From an uncultured Candidatus Saccharibacteria bacterium (GTDB lineage Bacteria > Patescibacteriota > Minisyncoccia > Phycocordibacterales > CAIZLB01), in NCBI GenBank assembly GCA_964417855.1, contig CAYQJB010000001.1, positions 102,709-166,708 on the forward strand: DNA of 64,000 bases, in the 5' to 3' direction. Shown piece by piece: positions 59,205-64,000 of this stretch. The notes under the pieces are model-generated. The model saw only the letters and a list, made by a program, of their open reading frames with translations. It ran no database searches and was not told the origin of the DNA. Both the position numbers and the translations under genes were made by a program. The number at the start of each line of letters is the position of its first letter. Position 1 is the first letter of the stretch.

Positions 59205-59447
59205 ATGGCAAAAGTCTGCGCAATAACAAAAAGAAGTTCATTGAATGGCGGCGGGTATTCAAACCGTACTCGTGCTACTCAATTCAACTCAACAGGGCTA
59301 AGACGTAGATACGCAAATCTTCAAAAGAAGCGTATTTATGTTCCTGAACTTAAACAAACATTAGTACTTACAATCTCAACTAGAGCTATTAAGACAATAC
59401 AAAAGAACGGAGCTTTCGCTACACTTAAGAAAGCGGGAATCATTTAA
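59205..59447 (+). CDS. rpmB: 50S ribosomal protein L28
   Basis: MAKVCAITKRSSLNGGGYSNRTRATQF L28 N-terminus (start at Met5 of track ORF). Confidence 0.8.
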   Translation: MAKVCAITKRSSLNGGGYSNRTRATQFNSTGLRRRYANLQKKRIYVPELKQTLVLTISTRAIKTIQKNGAFATLKKAGII

Positions 59448-59494
59448 TTAGTTAGTAGGGATTGGGTAATAAAGTTACAGACACAACAAAGTAA

Positions 59495-60709
59495 CTATTC
59501 ATTAAAATACACCGTACCAGAAATGGTTCGGTGTATTTTTATTTCTACACCCTTTCTTAATGGTTCATACGAGAGTCCGTCTATCAAACTTTTGGAAGCA
59601 AAAATATCCAGTACCTCTTGATGTGGGTGTCCGTATCTATTATCTATTCCGTACGACAAGACAGCATCAGTTGGGTAAAATTTCTTAATGAAATCTTGTG
59701 CTGATGAAGTCTTTGATCCATGATGTCCAACTTTTAAAATTATCCTACTGAACTCATTTCTTAAAAACATCTCACCTGTTATAGATGTAAAATTTGGGAA
59801 CCACTCAGGAAAGTGCGTTGCTGATTCCGACTTCACCAAGGCTGTAGTTTTATAAACAGAAACATTAGGCAGAGCTGAAGCTAAAACTTTTTCAATCTTT
59901 TGTGGAGCATCTGCTGTAGCTAGGATTAAATCTTTATTTTTTATTAGAGTAACAACAGAAAATAAGTTATCTTCTTTGACCTCCGTTTTATTCAAAAAAG
60001 TAGTCATACCAGAAAATGATGGGGATAAGAAATATACACCTTCGCTCTTGGAGAAGATTATATTTTCTCCAGCAAATACTGGTAGCGTATAATTTGTAGA
60101 CTTGTTGATAATAAGATCCTTAGAATTATTATTGTTGTTGTTGCCATTATTATTGGAATATCTTTTATTTTTAATAATATTGATTATTTTTTCAGAAGTA
60201 GATCTGGCTTCATAAATTGGAGAATACAAAATTAACCCAACCTTATACGAAGCAAGGATGTTGTCTATTTCTCCAACATGATCAGAATCAGGGTGAGTCA
60301 AAATAATCACGTCAATTTTTCTTCTATATTTTCCGAGTATTTTTTGTAGCTTCTCAACTATTCCACAGCCTGGTTTACCAGTATCGATTAGCACCGTTTG
60401 GTTTTGTTTAGTTATGTAAAGTAGAGAGTCGCCTTGTCCTACATCAATAACATAGGAACCTTGAAAATTACTTGCATCATCAATATTACTCTGGCTACTG
60501 ACCCAACTCTTATTTTCCTTGAGTATGGAGATATAGAAATTTCCCGATGTTACAAGAATAATTAAAATTGCCAAAACTAAAATCGACACAATTTTACTGT
60601 GGTACAATAGACGCACACCCACTCTATAGAAGGTGTCGATTTGATACAGAAACAATAGCCCTATATTCTGTAGAATCAATTTTAAATAATTATTATATAA
60701 ATTGTACAT
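59495..60709 (-). CDS. Stand-alone ComEC-type metallo-beta-lactamase domain protein (ComEC C-terminal nuclease-like domain) with N-terminal TM anchor and poly-Asn tract
   Basis: YVIDVGQGDSLLYI and ILTHPDSDHVG are the ComEC MBL-domain motifs. Asn run RYSNNNGNNNNNNS encoded by (aat/aac) repeats at about 60125..60160. Confidence 0.6.
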   Translation of the reverse strand: MYNLYNNYLKLILQNIGLLFLYQIDTFYRVGVRLLYHSKIVSILVLAILIILVTSGNFYISILKENKSWVSSQSNIDDASNFQGSYVIDVGQGDSLLYITKQNQTVLIDTGKPGCGIVEKLQKILGKYRRKIDVIILTHPDSDHVGEIDNILASYKVGLILYSPIYEARSTSEKIINIIKNKRYSNNNGNNNNNNSKDLIINKSTNYTLPVFAGENIIFSKSEGVYFLSPSFSGMTTFLNKTEVKEDNLFSVVTLIKNKDLILATADAPQKIEKVLASALPNVSVYKTTALVKSESATHFPEWFPNFTSITGEMFLRNEFSRIILKVGHHGSKTSSAQDFIKKFYPTDAVLSYGIDNRYGHPHQEVLDIFASKSLIDGLSYEPLRKGVEIKIHRTISGTVYFNE

Positions 60710-60720
60710 AAACTAAAAAC

Positions 60721-61320
60721 ATGACTTTCATTGAAAAAAAATTTATTATTCCGGAACTTGAAGGTATAAGCTCAAAGACAATTGAAGAGCATTTAAAGCT
60801 TTACTCAGGGTACGTTAAAGGTGCAAATCTTATACAAGAAAGGATCACAGGACTTCGTAGTTCTAGTGAGGAAATTACAAATAATACTTATTTGATCTCT
60901 GAACTGCAAAGGAGGTTCTCTTTTGAATTTGATGGAATGAGAAACCATGAATACTACTTTGAGCAATTTGAAGGAGGTCCAAAGATTATAGATGAGCAAA
61001 GTGCGCTAGCTGAAAAAATCAAAGAGACATGGATATCTGTTGAACTATGGCTTGCGAGATTTAAAGAAATAGCAATGACAAGAGGTATCGGATGGGCTGT
61101 CCTTTATTTTGATAAAAAGACAAACACCTTAGAACAATCATGGGTGGAAGAACAGCATCTAGGACATCTTGTTGGAACAAATGTAATCCTTGCGTTAGAC
61201 ATGTGGGAGCATTCATATATGCTAGATTATGTACCAAATGAAAAGAAAAAATATGTAGATGCATTCTTTCAAAACCTGAACTACTCTGTTGTTGAGAAAC
61301 GGTTCACAGAAGTGGTGTAG
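60721..61320 (+). CDS. Fe/Mn superoxide dismutase family protein (N-terminal His-His motif degenerate)
   Basis: C-terminal LALDMWEHSYMLDYVPNEKKKYVDAFF matches DVWEHAYYLxYxN...W. Only one His in the EEHLKLYSGYV region. Confidence 0.65.
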   Translation: MTFIEKKFIIPELEGISSKTIEEHLKLYSGYVKGANLIQERITGLRSSSEEITNNTYLISELQRRFSFEFDGMRNHEYYFEQFEGGPKIIDEQSALAEKIKETWISVELWLARFKEIAMTRGIGWAVLYFDKKTNTLEQSWVEEQHLGHLVGTNVILALDMWEHSYMLDYVPNEKKKYVDAFFQNLNYSVVEKRFTEVV

Positions 61321-61449
61321 ATTTAGAAACACGAATCCTCACCTAGGTAATAAAGTGAATATTTACCCCTCCCCACCTGCGATATAGAAAAACAATATTA
61401 TGTTTCATCCATCAATTTTGATGGATGTTTTTATTTTTCTCTAATACTT

Positions 61450-62877
61450 TTATGGAGCAATCGGAGTTAAGTATTTTCTATAAATTGCTGTGGAGATGGG
61501 TATAACTGTTATGTACCAACAAAAGATAAATTGATTTGAGGTTTTTCCAATCTCAAGAATTGCTGAATCTAAACTCGAAACATACTTAACAACAAAGAGC
61601 ATGTAGGAAAGAAAAATATGTGAAACAGGAGCGAATAACATACCGAGATCAACATTAATGAAACAAAGAACCCCCATGAAGAACACAGCAAGCATTGCAA
61701 AGGGAATAAGAGGTACCACAATAATATTAGCTAAAATTCCATATACAGATATTGATCCAGAGAACTTTAATAATAAAGGAAGAGAAAATATTTGCACAGC
61801 AAAAGAAGAAGACACGATTTCTCTAAGTCCAAATCTGTCCGTTACAAAACTGAAGAAATGCTTTGATGCATTACCTAGAAGTATAAGTCCTAAAGTACAA
61901 GCAAAACTTAATTGAAAAGAAGGATCTCCAATAATAATTAATGGGTTCTGGATTATCATCAAGACTCCAGCTGCAAGTACAGCCTCTAGGGCACTATAAT
62001 TTAGATCAAAGACTCTAGAAAAAATTCCTATCAAGGACATTATCAAGGACCTAATAACTGTAGCTCCACCACCAACCATTATGCAAAACAATATAGTTCC
62101 GATTGATCCTAAAATACCCGTTGCGAGTTTTGGTAAAAATGATAAAACTGAAATTATTACTTGCGATACAATGGAGACATTGTATCCAGAAAGTACGACC
62201 ATGTGAACAAGTCCTGATCTCTTAAAATCTTCTAATGTTTTTTTGGAAAGCTCACCTTTCCCAGTTATTAATATTCCGGAACCAAGTGCAGACTCCTCTC
62301 TGTTACCTAATGAAAGTTTAATCTTCTCTACAAAAGAATTTTTAAAATTACACAGAAAACTCTCTAATTTATATCTAGGGTCTAGTCCATAACTCTTAGT
62401 AATTTTTGCATTTACTATTTCAAATTGTACACCTCGTGCCAGAAGAAAAATATCAGAATCAAAATCCTCCGTTACCTTCGGCAGACTCAGTGTTCCTGTG
62501 AATTTTATTTTATGACCCAAGCTACAATCTGTGCAATTCGTGATTATTCTTATCTTGTCTTTTCTGTAGGCTGGATCAAAATACCTTCTAATGTTTAGAA
62601 TACTAAAAACGCCTTGAGTCCAATTATTTTTACTTTCCCTTTCAGGCGCCTTAATCTCAACAACAAGACTTTTCTTGAACCCAAAATTATCAGGTTCCTC
62701 TGCTATAACACCGATCAGTTGAACTTCCTTGTTTACCCTCTCCATCATGAACAAAGATCTTGATGTCACAAAAAAATATCTAAAGTAAATTAATATACAA
62801 AATATAATTAGTACAACTAACCAAATTGTTATGATTTTGGATTTACTTCTTTTCTTGTAATACCAATCTGAGTTCAT
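61450..62877 (-). CDS. comEC: ComEC/Rec2 competence channel domain protein (DUF4131 + Competence domain, no MBL domain)
   Basis: N-terminal TM. SGLVHMVVLSGYNVSIVSQVI matches the ComEC GxxHLxxISGxH core. About 9 TM helices. Confidence 0.7.
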   Translation of the reverse strand: MNSDWYYKKRSKSKIITIWLVVLIIFCILIYFRYFFVTSRSLFMMERVNKEVQLIGVIAEEPDNFGFKKSLVVEIKAPERESKNNWTQGVFSILNIRRYFDPAYRKDKIRIITNCTDCSLGHKIKFTGTLSLPKVTEDFDSDIFLLARGVQFEIVNAKITKSYGLDPRYKLESFLCNFKNSFVEKIKLSLGNREESALGSGILITGKGELSKKTLEDFKRSGLVHMVVLSGYNVSIVSQVIISVLSFLPKLATGILGSIGTILFCIMVGGGATVIRSLIMSLIGIFSRVFDLNYSALEAVLAAGVLMIIQNPLIIIGDPSFQLSFACTLGLILLGNASKHFFSFVTDRFGLREIVSSSFAVQIFSLPLLLKFSGSISVYGILANIIVVPLIPFAMLAVFFMGVLCFINVDLGMLFAPVSHIFLSYMLFVVKYVSSLDSAILEIGKTSNQFIFCWYITVIPISTAIYRKYLTPIAP

Positions 62878-62991
62878 CTATGGATTATAGATAATGAAGA
62901 TGAGTTTTCTATAAATATTTTCTAAAGAAAAAGCCTAGAAATTATAAATTTCTAGGCTTTTTAAAATTTTATATTTTCACCTCTACCACCA

Positions 62992-63792
62992 CTATCGTGA
63001 CATAAAATCTTTTGTTATCTTTTCTTGATCAGCTAGTGATACAGCTTTTTTAAACAGAACCCCTTTTTGTCCTTTAACTTTTTTCTCACAATCTGCCCAA
63101 CTTTTGTCATAGCTTATAACCCCTCCGACTTTACTAACATAAGAATACGCTTTAGCAGAACTTGAAGAACTTTTGGACGCTCCATTTTTTTTCTTATCGT
63201 CTTTAGCTTCTTTAATTAAATCGGGATTATAAAAAACATCCAAAATTTTTAAGTCTGTATAATCAGATAATTTCCCATTAAATAACTCTGGTTTTATATC
63301 ATCAGCAAAACCTGTTGCAATTTGATCACAGATTTCATTACCCTCAACACCGGCATGACCCGGCAAAAGTATCCAATCAATTTTTTTACCCTTAATTAAT
63401 TCTGACATTGATTCCCATAAATCCTGATTTTTTACAACATCACCAGATGCAGTTTTCCAGCCATTTTTTGCCCATCCAAAAACCCACGCAGTTGATCCAT
63501 TTACAACATATTTTGAGTCTGTATAAATATGAAAAATTGAAGATCCTTCAATTTTAGATTTCTCATAGTACTTTAGTCCAGAAATAACGGCCTCCAACTC
63601 CATTCTATTATTTGTAGTCACAACCTCCCTCCCCCCTAACTCTTTAACATGCAATCTGTCAAAATTACCAGATTCTTTTTTGTCAGAAAAACTACTTGAT
63701 TCTCCAGTTACTACGATTGCTCCATAACCACCCCTTCCTGGATTTCCTCTGGAAGCTCCATCTGAAAATATTAAAACTGTGTTTTTTGACAT
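62992..63792 (-). CDS. rnhA: Ribonuclease HI with about 110-aa Lys/Ser-rich C-terminal extension
   Basis: VLIFSDGASRGNPGRGGYGAIV, MELEAV, IYTDSKYV, GHAGVEGNEICDQIA RNase H catalytic motifs. Confidence 0.85.
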   Translation of the reverse strand: MSKNTVLIFSDGASRGNPGRGGYGAIVVTGESSSFSDKKESGNFDRLHVKELGGREVVTTNNRMELEAVISGLKYYEKSKIEGSSIFHIYTDSKYVVNGSTAWVFGWAKNGWKTASGDVVKNQDLWESMSELIKGKKIDWILLPGHAGVEGNEICDQIATGFADDIKPELFNGKLSDYTDLKILDVFYNPDLIKEAKDDKKKNGASKSSSSSAKAYSYVSKVGGVISYDKSWADCEKKVKGQKGVLFKKAVSLADQEKITKDFMSR

Positions 63793-63797
63793 ATAAC

Positions 63798-63980
63798 TTA
63801 GATTATATCAACAATTCTGATTCTTAGCACAGCAGGAAATGAGAAAGTGGATTTCTCTAAATTACCCAGGACGGTTCTTCTGACAGGGTTCCCTTTTTTG
63901 ATTTCTTCATCAATTTCTTCAAAAATAGCCGTGTCTGCAAAAAACTGAATAGCCTTAAGTTTACCAAAAGTCATCTCCAT
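63798..63980 (-). CDS. Small hypothetical ORF at window end
   Basis: 60-aa ORF only. No family recognised. Confidence 0.2.
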   Translation of the reverse strand: MEMTFGKLKAIQFFADTAIFEEIDEEIKKGNPVRRTVLGNLEKSTFSFPAVLRIRIVDII

Positions 63981-64000
63981 ATGCTCACCTTTCTTACCAA

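Noticed and set aside
1-64000. Alternative genetic code (UGA=Gly, as in Gracilibacteria/SR1)
   Set aside because: Long conserved genes (copA, recG, ftsH, fusA, tuf, the 950-aa ATPase) are uninterrupted under the standard code.
1-64000. CRISPR arrays, rRNA genes, transposases or integrases
   Set aside because: No regularly spaced direct repeats, no rRNA-like conserved stretches, and no DDE/tyrosine-recombinase-like ORFs were seen. The only repeat families are the two palindromic hairpin pairs and the tmRNA-end duplication.

Overview
Low-GC (~35%) bacterial chromosome segment. The gene content looks like a Candidate Phyla Radiation (CPR)/Patescibacteria-type genome: there is no L30 gene between rpsE and rplO, S5 and L22 carry extensions, and S14 is the 61-aa Zn-ribbon type. 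The standard genetic code applies.

Content, in order along the window:
- pilM-pilN-pilO-pilP-like-pilB type IV pilus block (minus strand; pilB runs off the window start), then comFC, lysC, and a LMW phosphatase/ArsR/glutaredoxin module.
- ung and a class II tRNA, followed by an apparent stress/accessory block: truncated plus full-length MazF/PemK-like orphan toxin, Hsp20, NADAR, MscL, and a csoR-copA copper efflux operon with a CsoR-type operator palindrome.
- recG, tRNA-Ile(UAU), ftsH, smpB and a tmRNA gene whose 3' end is directly repeated 173 bp downstream.
- A set of hypothetical genes, then the infC-rpmI-rplT operon.
- A LOG-like protein, a beta-CASP RNase, ndk, a 950-aa FtsK/HerA/VirD4-like ATPase, map, adk, and a TPR/PKD surface protein.
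- A long ribosomal-protein cluster (secY ... rpsS | insertion | rplB ... rpsJ, tuf). It is followed by 1.7 kb of non-coding, highly structured DNA, then a TrmB-like regulator, a secreted protein, fusA-rpsG-rpsL, an M50 protease, rpmB, a split ComEC (separate MBL and channel genes flanking a SOD-family gene) and rnhA.

The most unusual signals:
1. A two-gene paralog cassette, each gene followed by an identical GC-rich 29-nt palindrome, inserted between rplB and rpsS inside the S10 operon.
2. A complete minimal type-III hammerhead ribozyme motif in the structured spacer between fusA and tuf, just upstream of a small ORF.
3. Two promoter-plus-terminator-bounded, ORF-free candidate ncRNA genes (upstream of smpB and upstream of infC) of unknown class.
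4. The duplicated tmRNA 3' end, and a tRNA-flanked toxin remnant, suggesting island footprints.
5. Two tRNAs with unusual anticodons (ACU, UAU).

No CRISPR array, rRNA gene, transposase or integrase was seen.
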